Below are positions 28,874 to 39,761 of a DNA stretch of 64,000 nucleotides, piece by piece. Both the position numbers and the translations under genes were made by a program. The notes beneath the pieces were generated by a model, which was not told where the DNA came from, searched no databases, and saw only the letters and a program-made list of their open reading frames with translations. The stretch is from Dictyostelium discoideum (taxonomy: Eukaryota). Each line of letters starts with the position of its first letter. Positions within the stretch are counted from its first letter, which is position 1. Location of the stretch: assembly GCA_000004695.1 (NCBI GenBank), contig CM000152.2:6293300-6357299 (forward strand), written 5' to 3'.

Positions 28874-29956
28874 TTAATTTTCTTTTAAAAATGAAAACAT
28901 TTCAAAATTAATTGGATCATAACCAACAGAAATTCTAATTTGAGTCGAAGTTGGAGTAATTGAATGAATGAAATTACAAACTTTTGTATGGTTCGAACCA
29001 AAAGAAGTTTGAGTTATTATATTATTATCAAAGAGTAATTGTTTTACAAGTCCAATTGGTTTATTTAAAATTACATTGATTACACTTGGATGAATTATTT
29101 CATTATTGTCGATAGAATTATAATATTTTAAAGCCAATTGATTTGAAGGATCATCAGGATTTGAACTATTTCTGATGAATAAACCATAAGATTTTAAAAC
29201 TTTTGTTAATTCTTGAGTGTTTTTAGCTGATTTTAATAAACGATCAGATAGTGAATCAAAATTTTCAATTAAAATTTTACAATAATCTACACTAACATGA
29301 TAACCCATAATTTTTGAAAATGATTCTAAATTGTTCATAAATTGAGTATGCTTTGAAATGATCATACCCGAAATACATTGACCTGCACTATAATATTTTG
29401 AACAAGAGTTTACAACAATATCAACATCATATTTGAATGGATTTAATATTATATGAGTTAACCAAGTATTATCAACCACTACATAAAGTTTCTTTGATAG
29501 TTGTCTTAGTTTTGGTAAAATTTCAAATGGGAATATATTCCCATTTGGATTTGAAGAACTTTCAACAAAGAGTATATTGGTTGCATCCTTATTACCAAAT
29601 CCACCATTTTTAATCACTTGAAATTGTTGTATGATCGAGTTTGGTTTGGTTACATCTACTTCAATTGTATTGGCACCAAAGGATTTTATAATCTTTGGTG
29701 TATCACAATAAAGTTCATCACTTATAATTATATTTACATTTGGATTCTCTTGTTTAATTAAATTTGCCATTACTAAATAAATTGAACTACTTCCTGATAT
29801 AGTTAGCTTTCCACTTAATTTAACCTTTTTAATATTATGTCCACCAATTGTATGTGCATCTATATACTTTTGAACTATATTAATTTGATCTGGTGAAATA
29901 CTTCTACAATAAATTGGTGTTCCTCTTAAATCTTGAATAACTCTATTCTCTGTCAT
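28874..29956 (-). CDS. Cys/Met-metabolism PLP-dependent enzyme (cystathionine gamma-synthase/beta-lyase/gamma-lyase family), intronless and divergent.
   Basis: 'LFVESSSNPNGNI' matches the 'ESPSNP' motif. 'VVVDNTW' matches '(V)VDNTF'. 'DIVVNSCSKYYSAGQCISGMI' matches the PLP-lysine motif 'DIVVHSATKYL.GH.D...G'. Confidence 0.7.
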   Translation of the reverse strand: MTENRVIQDLRGTPIYCRSISPDQINIVQKYIDAHTIGGHNIKKVKLSGKLTISGSSSIYLVMANLIKQENPNVNIIISDELYCDTPKIIKSFGANTIEVDVTKPNSIIQQFQVIKNGGFGNKDATNILFVESSSNPNGNIFPFEILPKLRQLSKKLYVVVDNTWLTHIILNPFKYDVDIVVNSCSKYYSAGQCISGMIISKHTQFMNNLESFSKIMGYHVSVDYCKILIENFDSLSDRLLKSAKNTQELTKVLKSYGLFIRNSSNPDDPSNQLALKYYNSIDNNEIIHPSVINVILNKPIGLVKQLLFDNNIITQTSFGSNHTKVCNFIHSITPTSTQIRISVGYDPINFEMFSFLKEN

Positions 29957-30300
29957 TTTTATTTTCTTTTTTATTTTTTTAATTATTATTATTTATTTAA
30001 ATGATTTTAAAAAAAAAACAAAAAAAAAAAAAATGTGTGCATAAAACGAAAAAAAAAAACAAAAAAAAAACAAAAAAAAAAACAATTTCTTGGGAAGACA
30101 TTTGGAATTGATAAATTCTCAAGATTTTTTTTTTTTTTTTTTAAAAATATCTTTTTTTTATGCACTTTTAACACAAAAAATAAAAAAAATTTTCACATTT
30201 TTTAATATTAAAAAAAAAAAAAAATTTCAAAAAAAAAATAAAAAAAATAAAAAAAAAATAAAAAAAATAATTAAAACAGTTTTATTGATTGTAAATTGAT

Positions 30301-31975
30301 TTATTGTAATTCTTTTAATTCATGAAATTGAAAAATGAGGGATTCAACAAATTTATTTATTGTTTGAATTATTTCCGGAGGTTGATTTTCTGGATTTTTA
30401 CATTCTAATTCCATTTCATGATATTCACGGTGCAGAGAATATGAATTTAGTATTAAATCAAACAAACCACCTAATATAAATAATTTAGTATATGAGTGGG
30501 AAGAGCTACCTCTAATTGTAGCATAGTAACGTTTGTCTGTGATGTCTACAAGGTTGTACCAGAAAATATATTGATCATGAATCATTTGGGAACGATTCTG
30601 ATGAGTACCAATAACTTTTATTTTTAAATCTTGTAGTTCCTTCTTGGAATAATTTTTGTTTTTATCATATATCCCACCATCTTGAGTGCTATCCAATGGT
30701 TCTAATATTTTTTTAATTTTGTCGTTTTTGTTAAGATTGTTGTTTTCTTTTTTGTATTTATCATTATATATTTGAGCTATGTGTTCAGCTGATAATTTCT
30801 TCAACATTTGTTCGTTCCAAAAAGGACCACATGGTGGTTTTACAAAGTTAGTTTTATATTTGTCATTTAATATTTCCAATGTTGTCCCATGCAATGTCTC
30901 ACCAACAAAAATTAGTTCTAATTCTTTTTTTGAAAAACGAAATAAATTTCCAATAGTTGCAAATTGTTCTATATTTAGATTATTATTAATTTCCACATAT
31001 GGGTTTGAATATCTTGAATATAGATTTGTTGCAATGCAATTGATATGACCAGCGGTATTTTTGGTATACTCGTACAATAGTCCTGTGCTTTCATCATAAA
31101 AAAGGAATGTTTTATGTATGGTTAATAAAGGTTTGACGAATATTTTATTTCTTGAGGAACAGTCACGCCACTCTTCCTTGTTGAGGATAAAATACGACAT
31201 TTCAATTCATCTAAACATTCTTTATTATTTACTAATGCAAAGGCACTATCGCAACATACGATTAAGTTATTCCTTGGATCCTCCCAATTATATTTTGAAT
31301 GTAAATTATCCAAAAGGGTTTTTAATGAATTGAAAGGAGATTGACAGTTTTCTGGTGTTCTTGGACCATAACTAATTACATATGGACAATTACTAATATT
31401 CAATTTGGTTGTTAGACTATATGCTTCAATTCCGACTGAATGGGGTTTGCTATCATTATTAATCAATATATGATCTTTCCCATAATATGCGTATATTGTT
31501 TCATCACAATTGAGAACGTTACCAATATTAATATATTTCAATGCACTGTTCATAAATATTTCACAATACTCTTCAAATCTATGACTTTTCATATCCAAAA
31601 CATTATGTACTGCTGAATATCTATTGTGATCCATCATTTTTAAATTAATTCAGGTGGTATCTTATCATTGTTTTTATTTGAATAAATATTTTTTAAATAA
31701 TCAGTTATAAATTTCCAGAATGTAATATCGGTTAAATCATTTAATCTTGAAATATCCTTCCCTTTATCTAATTTTTTCTCCCTCTCATGTCTAAGATTTG
31801 TATTAATTAATGAAATTAAAAATTTTGATAAATCTTCATTTAATAACAATTTAAAAAAAAATAATTCATTATAAACCTGACCATTATTTTCACTTTCAAT
31901 CTTTTCTCTATTTATTGATGATTTTCTTGGTGTAGTGTTTTCAACAATTTCGCTATAATTAATTGGTCATACTTT
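30301..31975 (-). mobile_element. piggyBac-type (DDE_Tnp_1_7) transposase, near full length at about 555 codons, split into three ORFs by two 1-nt frameshifts. It lacks the C-terminal Cys-rich domain. It is either a domesticated gene or a recent pseudogene.
   Basis: Collinear with piggyBac transposase: 'VYNELFFFKLLLNEDLSKFLIS' matches 'LLCFKLFFTDEIISEIV'. 'RFEEYCEIFMNSALKYINIGNVLNCDETIYAYYGK..INNDSKPHSVGIEAYSL..PYVISYGPRT' matches 'VRKIWDLFIHQCIQNY.PGAHLTIDEQLLGFRGR..IPNKPSKYGIKILMM..GMPYLGRGT'. 'IVCCDSAFAL' matches 'ITCDNWFTS' (second Asp). 'YYATIRGSSSHSYTKLFILGGLFDLILNSYSLH' matches 'SRKTNRWPMALLYGMINIACINSFIIY'. The frame changes lie at the A5 run in TTTAAAAATG (about 31638) and in 'GAAATAAAATATT' (about 31150). 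Confidence 0.7.
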
Positions 31976-32270
31976 ATTATTAAAAATAGAATGGTTAAAT
32001 GTTCAATAAAAAAAAAAAAAAAAAAAAAATACACACACTTTCATTTTAATATTTGTTTTCGAAAATAAATATCTGAATTTTTATTAATTTTTTTTTTTTT
32101 TTTTAATTTTTTAAGGTGTAAAAAAATGTGAAAAATTTTTTTATTTTTTGTCAAAAAGTTTTAAATTTTTTAAAATAAAATGAAATGAAATAAAATAAAA
32201 TAAAAAAAGTTTTAAATTAATAAAAAAAATACTTATAATATATTTATTATTTAATTTTATAAAATTGAGT

Positions 32271-35217
32271 CTAACTTCTAGATGACCTTGAGGATGTTAC
32301 CGTGGTTGATGGTTTTTGGAATTTTCTTTCTCTTTCTCTAATTTTTTCTTTTTCTCTTTCAATTTCTTTTTGTTTTTCAGCTTCTTTTTCTTTTTGTTTA
32401 ATTACTTTTTCATTTTCCCGATTCATTCTTTCAGATTTACTCATCATAGATTGTGATGGTGTTGATGAGGAAGAGGAAGAAGAAGGGGATACATTTGAAG
32501 ATTTTGAAGAGGATCTACCACTTTGTTCTCTTTCATTTCTTGTTGAGGATTTATCTGAATCTCTTTCATTATTCGATGATGTTGAAGATGATGTTGTTGA
32601 GTCTTTTGAATCTTCTTTCTTTCTTGATGATGATGATGATGATGATGGTTCACTTCTTTGTGATTCATCTTTTTTATTTGAATCTCTAGTTCTAGTGTTT
32701 TCATTTTTATCTGATCTATCTCTACTATTGGTAGAGGTTGAGGATGAGTCTCTGTCTCTGTTATCAGAGGTTTCTTTTCTGGCATTTGATGAGGTATCTC
32801 TATCTCTATCTCTATCTCTGTCCCTGTTGCCACTACCACTTGATGAGTATGAATGATCAGAATCTTTTCTACCACCACTACTTGATTGATTACTATCTGA
32901 TGCTCTATCCTTACTTTCTCGTTTACTTCCACTAGTTGTTGAAGAATAATCCCTATTTTCTCTATCTCTATTTGAGTCGCTTTTACTTGATGGATAAGAG
33001 TCATTCTCTCTTTTACCACTACCACTTGAGGATGATGTTTCTCTATCTCTTGTTGAATCTCTATCGTAATGATCTCTAGAACTTCTATTATCTGATCTAT
33101 CATCTCTTTCTTTATCTCTTGTACTTTCGCTTCTTCTGTCGGATGATCTATCTCTATCTCTTTCTCTATCCCTATCTCTGTCTCTATCTCTTCTGCTGCT
33201 GCTGCTACTGTCATGGTCATCCCTATCTCTGTCTCTTCTACTGCTGCTGCTGCTATCATGATCATCCCTATCTCTATCTCTTCTGCTGCTACTGTTACTG
33301 TTGCTATCATGATCATCCCTATCTCTTCGGCTGCTACCACTGTTACTGCTGCTACCACTGTCATGATCATCTCTATCTCTTCTGTTGCTGCTACCACTAT
33401 CATGATCATCTCTATCTCTTCTGTTGCTGCTGTTGTTACCACTATCATGATCATCTCTATCTCTTCTGCTGCTACCACTATCATGGTCATCTCTATCTCT
33501 ATCCCTGTCTCTTCTATCATAGTCATCTCTATCTCTATCTCTGTCTCTTCTATTATCGTAGTCATCTCTTTCCCTTCTTTCTCTATCTCTTTCTCTATCT
33601 CTTTCTCTTTCTCTTTCATCGACATCGTCATCTCTTTTTCTCTTTTCACCATGATAATCACCACCGTATCTGTCAGGTGAACTACCACCACTTGACCATT
33701 CATCTCTTTTTGATGAGGAATAAGGTCTACCACCACCACTACCACTGCCGCCGCTGCCGACACTACTACCACTACCGCCGCTACCATTTGGGGGTGGTGG
33801 ACCACCTTGATAAAAGTAAGGAGGAGGTGGACCGCCAATCATATTTGGAGGTGGTGCACCCCCTCTACCCATATAACCTCCTCTACCACTTGACATTGTA
33901 GCTCCATATGGAGGAGGTGGGAAAGGTGAACCTCTACCACCTCGACCCATATAACCTCCTCTCATTGGTGGAGAATAAAACTCTGGTTGCATTCCAATGG
34001 GTGGTGGTGGACCACCTCTACCACCTCTCATTGAAGCACCTACTGATCTCTTACCACCTCTACCACCTCTTGAATATGGATCAGCATAACCATATGGTGG
34101 TTGTTGTTGCTGTTGTTGTGGTGGTTGTTGATATGGATAAGGCATACCACCAAAATGTGGATGTGAACCACCACCACCACTGCCATTAACACCACCTCCA
34201 TTACCACCATGTTGTGAATTTGACAATGATGATGATGATAAAGATGATTGATGATGAATATTATTTGCAATATTACCACTATTTGTATTATTATTATTAT
34301 TATTATTATGAGAGTTTGAAGAAGAATTTAAATGTTGTTGATTCGATTGATTTGATTGACCTAAACTAATATTCTTAATGGTAGTAAGAGCATTATGATA
34401 ATTTTGTTGAGAAAGTAAACGAATTGTCATCTCTTTACCATTGATTTCTTTTTTCTCAGTTTTTGATTTTGCAAGTTGAGCTTGTTCAATATGTTCAAAC
34501 TCTACAAATGCATAACCTTTTGATTTACCATTATTTTCATTTTCAAAGATCTTTAATGTAACAATCTTTCCAAACTCTAAAAATACATTTTCAAGTTGTT
34601 GGTCAGTTGTCCACCATTCTAATCCACTAATATACAATGCTGGTGATAAATCAGTAGTATCAGTAATTGTCGTTGTTGTTGTTGTTGATGATGATTCTCC
34701 TGATACTGTAGATGATGATCCATTATTTGTTCTATTATTGTTATTATTGTTATTGTTATTTGATGTTGAATTTTGATCATTTTCATCATATGTTCCTAAT
34801 ATATTCTTTATATATATATAAAATGTAATTCAAAAAAATTAGAAAATTAATAATTTTAAAATTAAATAAAATAAAAATAAATTATGTAGTTACATCATCA
34901 TCATTTTCATCATAAGATTTTTCATCTTCAATTAATCTTATACTGTGAGTATTTTCTGTATCATCATCCATATTACTAGCACTTCTTCTTGATTTATTAT
35001 TATTATTATCATCTTCATCTTCATCATCATCTCTACGTGATGATCCATAATTACTATCACTATCTTCATGATTATTCGATTCACTACGTGTATTCATAGT
35101 TTCATCATTTTCATTTCTGTTTCTATATTTATTATCTTCTATTTCATCTTCTCCAAGTTCATCTTCTGTATGTTTCTTTTCATCTTTAAAGTCTCCATAT
35201 ATATCATAATCTTCCAT
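32271..35217 (-). CDS. CFIm68/CPSF6-family cleavage-factor subunit homologue of about 952 aa, exons 35217..34894 and 34805..32271.
   Basis: Exon 1 'MEDYDIYGDFKDEKKH..' matches the CPSF6 N-terminus 'DHIDIYADVGEEF'. Donor GAT|GTAACT at 34893, acceptor ATAAAG| at 34806 (88-nt intron, phase 0). The RRM 'ALYISGLEWWTTDQQLENVF..LKIFENENNGKSKGYAFVEF' matches the CPSF6 'ALYIGNLTWWTTDEDL..IKFFENRANGQSKGFALV'. A Gly/Pro-rich centre (GGPPPP, RGG) is followed by a very long RDRDRDDHDSGSS/RS-like repeat tail and a lysine/glutamate-rich C-terminus. The 'M' at 34637 in the ORF track is a TTG inside the RRM. Confidence 0.75.
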
Positions 35218-35640
35218 TATTCTATTTTATTTTATTTTCTTTATAAAAAATATATTATTATTATTGTTATTATTATATTTGATCGGTAATATTTGTTTAT
35301 AAAGAAATGAAAAAAAAAAAAAATGAAAAAAAAAAAAAAAAATGAAAAAAAAAAAAAAAACAATTTAATTACACAATTTTAATTTGTCCCTTCAATTTCA
35401 AAAATAAATTAAAAAAAAAAAAAAAATTAAAAAAAAATTAAAAAAATGATTATGGTTTGTTAAAATTTTTTTATTTTTTTTTAAAATTTATTAATATTAT
35501 ATTCACTAAAATGGAAATTTGTAGAGACCTAGAAGATTTTAAAAAAAGATTTTTTGTACCAAATTATTTATTGATAATAATTTCTCAATTCAAAGATGAT
35601 GACTTTACCAACAGCAGTTGAACTAGCTTGTTAATTATTA

Positions 35641-35671
<31 letters not shown>

Positions 35672-35764
35672 CCACAGTAAATAAAACTAATTAATACCAA
35701 TTGAATTATTAATTTTATCTTAATCCAGTTTATACTCTTAATTTTTTTTTATTTTTTTGTTTTT

Positions 35765-35800
<36 letters not shown>

Positions 35801-35917
35801 CGCTTTTTTGTGTTCATTTTTATTTTATTCCTTTTTTATTTTATATTACTTTATTTTTTTAAAAACATTTAATCTAGGTTTTTATTGTACAAACAATAAT
35901 CTGAAACATTCATTTAA

Positions 35918-36646
35918 ATGTTTAGGATAGCTAAAAGTTTAAGAAGCAGACTTAGAACTTTTGAAACTATAAAAAACTATGATAAACAAAAAAGAAATGA
36001 AAAAAATCAAGAAAAATTTATTAATACCGCAGGAGTAACACGAGAAAACCTTGAATTAAAAATTAAAGAATCAGAAAATAGACATATACTTGAGAAATTT
36101 ATTACAGTTATTCCCAGCAACTATTCACCAATAATATTAAATAAAGAACAAAAACTAAAAATAACCGATAATAAGTACAAAAGATTACCTCGAGCACAAC
36201 GAGATCAATTAAAATTACAATTACAAGAACAATCCACTTCATTCAGTTACATAAATATAGATGAAATTCAACAACAAAATGATAAAGATGATAAAGATGA
36301 TAACCAAATAGTAACATTAGTTGTTGAAGATAAAGAATATTTTGTTAAATTTAATAACTTTGCATTTTTAGCAGATGTTATCAAATCAGATGTTTTATAT
36401 TTATGTGGTTTGGTTAAAGATTTACCAACAAATCTTAATAGAGATAGTTCATATTTACGAGATACATCACTATTAAAACGTTTTTATGCATTTGGTAAAA
36501 ACAAAAAAAGAGTACCCAGTACAGCATGTGCCAAATGTTTGTTTTTTAATTATGATAAAATAATATTGGAATCTTCAAAGAATATAAAAGAAAAAAAATC
36601 AAACCCCAAAAATGCTTCAAAAAAAAAACAAAATTCAAGAAATTAA
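35918..36646 (+). CDS. Hypothetical basic protein with an N-terminal mitochondrial-presequence-like segment (MFRIAKSLRSRLRTF).
   Basis: A 242-aa ORF with codon usage typical of coding sequence and no recognisable domain. Confidence 0.35.
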   Translation: MFRIAKSLRSRLRTFETIKNYDKQKRNEKNQEKFINTAGVTRENLELKIKESENRHILEKFITVIPSNYSPIILNKEQKLKITDNKYKRLPRAQRDQLKLQLQEQSTSFSYINIDEIQQQNDKDDKDDNQIVTLVVEDKEYFVKFNNFAFLADVIKSDVLYLCGLVKDLPTNLNRDSSYLRDTSLLKRFYAFGKNKKRVPSTACAKCLFFNYDKIILESSKNIKEKKSNPKNASKKKQNSRN

Positions 36647-37180
36647 TATTTTCTACCATAAAATAGCAATTCCTAAATAAAAAAAATAAATAAATAAAAA
36701 AACTTAACTTTTTAAGTTAAAAAAAAAACATTCAAGTTGTGTTTAAAAAAAAAAAAAAAAAAAAAATATTTAACCTCAACCAAAAATAATAATAATAATA
36801 ACCAAATACAAAAATTCTAAATAACTTCTCAAACTAAAATAAAAAAATAATAATAACCAACAAAATAATAAATAAATTTGTATATATATATATTTTATTT
36901 TATTTTGTTTTATTTTTTTTTATTTAAAAAATTAAATATCCCACAATAACCAGTTTTCATATTTAATTATTTTAATTTTTTTTTAATAATCTTTTATTTC
37001 TTTTTATTTTTTTTTTTATCATTTTCTATTATTATTTTTCATCTGCCACTCTTTTCATTTTTAACAAAATTTCAGAAAATTTTCCAATATCCTTTATCAA
37101 TAGACAAGTTTTAAAATATTTCCCAAGAATTTAAAATTTATTATTATTTTTTTTTTTTTTTTTTAATTTATAGGATTAAA

Positions 37181-37525
37181 ATGGAAGAAAAAAAAGAAAT
37201 CGTTTATATCTATGAACAATCCACTGGAATCCTTTATGATGGAGAAGGACATGAAATTTGTAGAGGATATTCTGGTAAAGGTGAACACAAGAATCAACCA
37301 AGTTCTGAGGGTTTAGAAAATTATGGTCCAATACCCAGAGGTACATATTTATTGAAAAAACCCAAAGGTAAGGTAGTGATTGATTTAATACCACTCCAAA
37401 AACTTATAAATGGTAGACATTCATTCCAAATTCATGGAGACAGTATAGAAAATCCAGGTACTGCATCCCAAGGTTGTATTATACTAGGAAAAGATGTTAG
37501 ATTGAAAATTTCTGAACAACCTTAA
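37181..37525 (+). CDS. L,D-transpeptidase-fold Tlde1/DUF2778-like domain protein (114 aa) of bacterial type.
   Basis: 'CRGYSGKGEHKNQPSSEGLENYGPIPRGTYLL' matches the DUF2778 N-terminal block (..G.G...NNP.......GPIP.G.Y.I). 'FQIHGDSIENPGTASQGCIILGKDVR' matches the L,D-transpeptidase catalytic signature H-x(n)-(S/T)-x-G-C-(I/V). Single exon. Confidence 0.65.
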   Translation: MEEKKEIVYIYEQSTGILYDGEGHEICRGYSGKGEHKNQPSSEGLENYGPIPRGTYLLKKPKGKVVIDLIPLQKLINGRHSFQIHGDSIENPGTASQGCIILGKDVRLKISEQP

Positions 37526-38288
37526 ACTAAAAAGTTAATTGTTGTTTACTTTTATAAACCAAATAACATAACAACAGATAGCACCCTTCCAACTCCATCA
37601 CCAATTTCAACTCCACATCCAACCTCTATTCCACATCCATTCTTTTTTCCTTCACCAATCTTAACTCCACCTTCAACCTCAACTCCATCATCAACCACAA
37701 CTGCATCATCAACTTCAACTCCATCATCAACCTCAACCCCCTCATCAACCTCAAGTCTAAAGAATTTCAAATATGCATCATTACTTAAACAACAATCTAA
37801 TAACTTAACAACATCGTCACATGACTATACACAACCACAAACAAAACAAATTCCAACTTCAAATCCCACCTATTACCCTGAACTACCATTTGCATTAAAA
37901 TCACCAGAACAACAAATGTTAGATATTGAATTAATGAAGTATAAATCTTTTTCTCCTAAACCACCATTGAATATGAATAATATAACACCATCGTCATCGT
38001 TGTCATCATCGACTTTTATTAAAACAGAATTACAAAGTAAACCAAATTTAAGTTCATATTATTCTTCCCCCCTCTTCTTCTTCTTTGTCTTCTTTTTCTT
38101 CTTTTTCCTCTTCTTCTTCTGATATCAATAGTATAAGATATTCAAAATATTTTCAAACATCCAATTCATCCTTAGAGAATGTATCCTGTGGTTCATCTTT
38201 TAAAAGTTTTGATACCAGAACTCCAAATCTCTCTCTATTTAGTGATCCTAAAAATTCCTCCATTGGTTTCTCTTATAAATTTGGTTAA
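37526..38288 (+). pseudogene. S/T/P-rich frame with no internal stop that continues in the same frame past the TAA of the Tlde1-like ORF, then shifts frame at a C6 run. It is a decayed or mis-assembled C-terminal extension, or a separate low-complexity gene.
   Basis: The frame of 37181 is open from 37526 to 38121 ('TPSPISTPHPTSIPHP...STSTPSSTSTPSS...'). Removing one C from 'TCTTCCCCCCTCTTC' (about 38070) joins it to the Ser-rich frame ending at 38288. The opposite strand is also open across the C/A-rich part, so the coding call is weak. Confidence 0.3.
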
Positions 38289-38385
38289 TAATTTTTTCAT
38301 CCATCATTTTAGTAGTCCCAGGTAAAAAAAATGTCAAAAAATAAAACCTTCAGAATTAATTCATTCTATTGCAAAGTAGAAAAAT

Positions 38386-38427
<42 letters not shown>

Positions 38428-38537
38428 CTTCCTAGGATAATAGTTTTAAATAAAATGATTAGATATTTTAAATTCTTTTAGTTCTTTAAATTTTTGTTAT
38501 TTATTTATTTTATTTTTATTTTATTTTATTTTATTTT

Positions 38538-39398
38538 TTAATTAATTAATTTTGGTTCAATTTTAACATAAATTAATTTTGAAGGCTCAGATTTTATTGG
38601 TCTTTTTAAATGGGTAATTAATATTTTTGTATGTTGTGGATTAAATTTATCAAATGATAATTCTTTAATGATTAAAGTTTGATCAGATAATAATGAAGCT
38701 TTAAGTTTACTATTTTCCACACCAATATATTCAATTGTAACTTCTGAATTATAGCTATAAAATATTAATGTTGAATTATTTACAAAATCTGATGGATTTA
38801 AATCAATGATTTTTGAGATTTTATTATTCTCATCTTCATCATCATCAATATCATCAATATCATCAAATGAAATTACTTCTACCTTATGATTGATTTCACT
38901 ATCTTTACTAATTACACTAAAATCATAAGTTTCTTCAACTTCATTTAATTGAGAAGTTGCTATCAATGGTTGTTGAAAACAAATTGGTGAATTTGGTGAA
39001 ACTGAACAATTATTATCAATGAAATTATTTTTAACTGCTAATAGTGGTTGTTGTTGTTGTTGTTTATCATTATTTTCATTTGGTAAGAATACTGAATCAG
39101 TTTCATAACCACCATTAAAATTATAAGGTTTAAAATAATCTAAATCAATTGATTCATTTGGTTTTTGTCTATGGAATAATGATAATCTATTTCCTTTTAA
39201 AATTAATAAACTTCTATTGTAACCATCAAATGTTGAAAATGGTCCTGCTGTACCAACTACTGCACGACTAATACGATAAGTGAATGAATCATTTAATGTA
39301 CTTCCAATTGGTTCAATATGAATTTGTGTTGATTTACCTTTTCCATTTCTCCAAACCATATGATCATAATCACATTTTTCTTTAATTTTCCAATACAT
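38538..39398 (-). CDS. HutD/Ves-family cupin protein (PF05962-like) of bacterial type, intronless.
   Basis: 'MVWRNGKGKSTQIHIEP' matches the Ves 'NLWRNAAGETREI' block. 'TYRISRAVVGTAGPFSTFDGYNRSLLILKGN' matches the Ves '[30 protein letters not shown]' block. Confidence 0.7.
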   Translation of the reverse strand: MYWKIKEKCDYDHMVWRNGKGKSTQIHIEPIGSTLNDSFTYRISRAVVGTAGPFSTFDGYNRSLLILKGNRLSLFHRQKPNESIDLDYFKPYNFNGGYETDSVFLPNENNDKQQQQQPLLAVKNNFIDNNCSVSPNSPICFQQPLIATSQLNEVEETYDFSVISKDSEINHKVEVISFDDIDDIDDDEDENNKISKIIDLNPSDFVNNSTLIFYSYNSEVTIEYIGVENSKLKASLLSDQTLIIKELSFDKFNPQHTKILITHLKRPIKSEPSKLIYVKIEPKLIN

Positions 39399-39761
39399 TT
39401 TTATTTTAAAATTATTATTATTATAATTATTATATATTATATAAATAAATTATAATTTAAATATTATTTGAATTTTTTTTTTTTTTTTTTTTTTTTTTAT
39501 ATTAATGAAATTTTAAAATGAAATTTTCAATTTTTAATTACAGCGCAATTGTTAAAAGAAAAAAAAAAATAAAAAAAAAATAAAAAAAAAATTAAAAATT
39601 AAAATAAAAAAAAAAAATAAAAATTAAAATAAAAAAAAAAAAAAATCAAGAGAAGATTTTTTTTTTTTTTTTTTTTTATTTTACTTTTCTTTAAATATAT
39701 AAATATAAGTATATATACATATATATATATATAAATATAAAATTTAAAAAAAAAAAAAAAA

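Noticed and set aside
32302-34279. Long plus- and minus-strand ORFs inside the CPSF6-like gene, for example 32444..33838 and 33119..33901.
   Set aside because: They are alternative frames of the GAT/CGT/AGA repeat tract. They have no start context or domain content and lie entirely within a well-supported gene.
35518-35630. Small ORF of 37 codons (MEICRDLEDFKKRFFVPNYLLIIISQFKDDDFTNSS) upstream of the mitochondrial-presequence gene.
   Set aside because: It is too short and has no splice partners or homology. It is probably chance or a uORF.
37552-37770. Minus-strand ORF (MKFFRLEVDEGVEVDDGVEV...).
   Set aside because: It is the complement of the S/T/P-rich plus-strand frame. The repeat composition keeps both strands open, and the plus-strand reading is the more protein-like.
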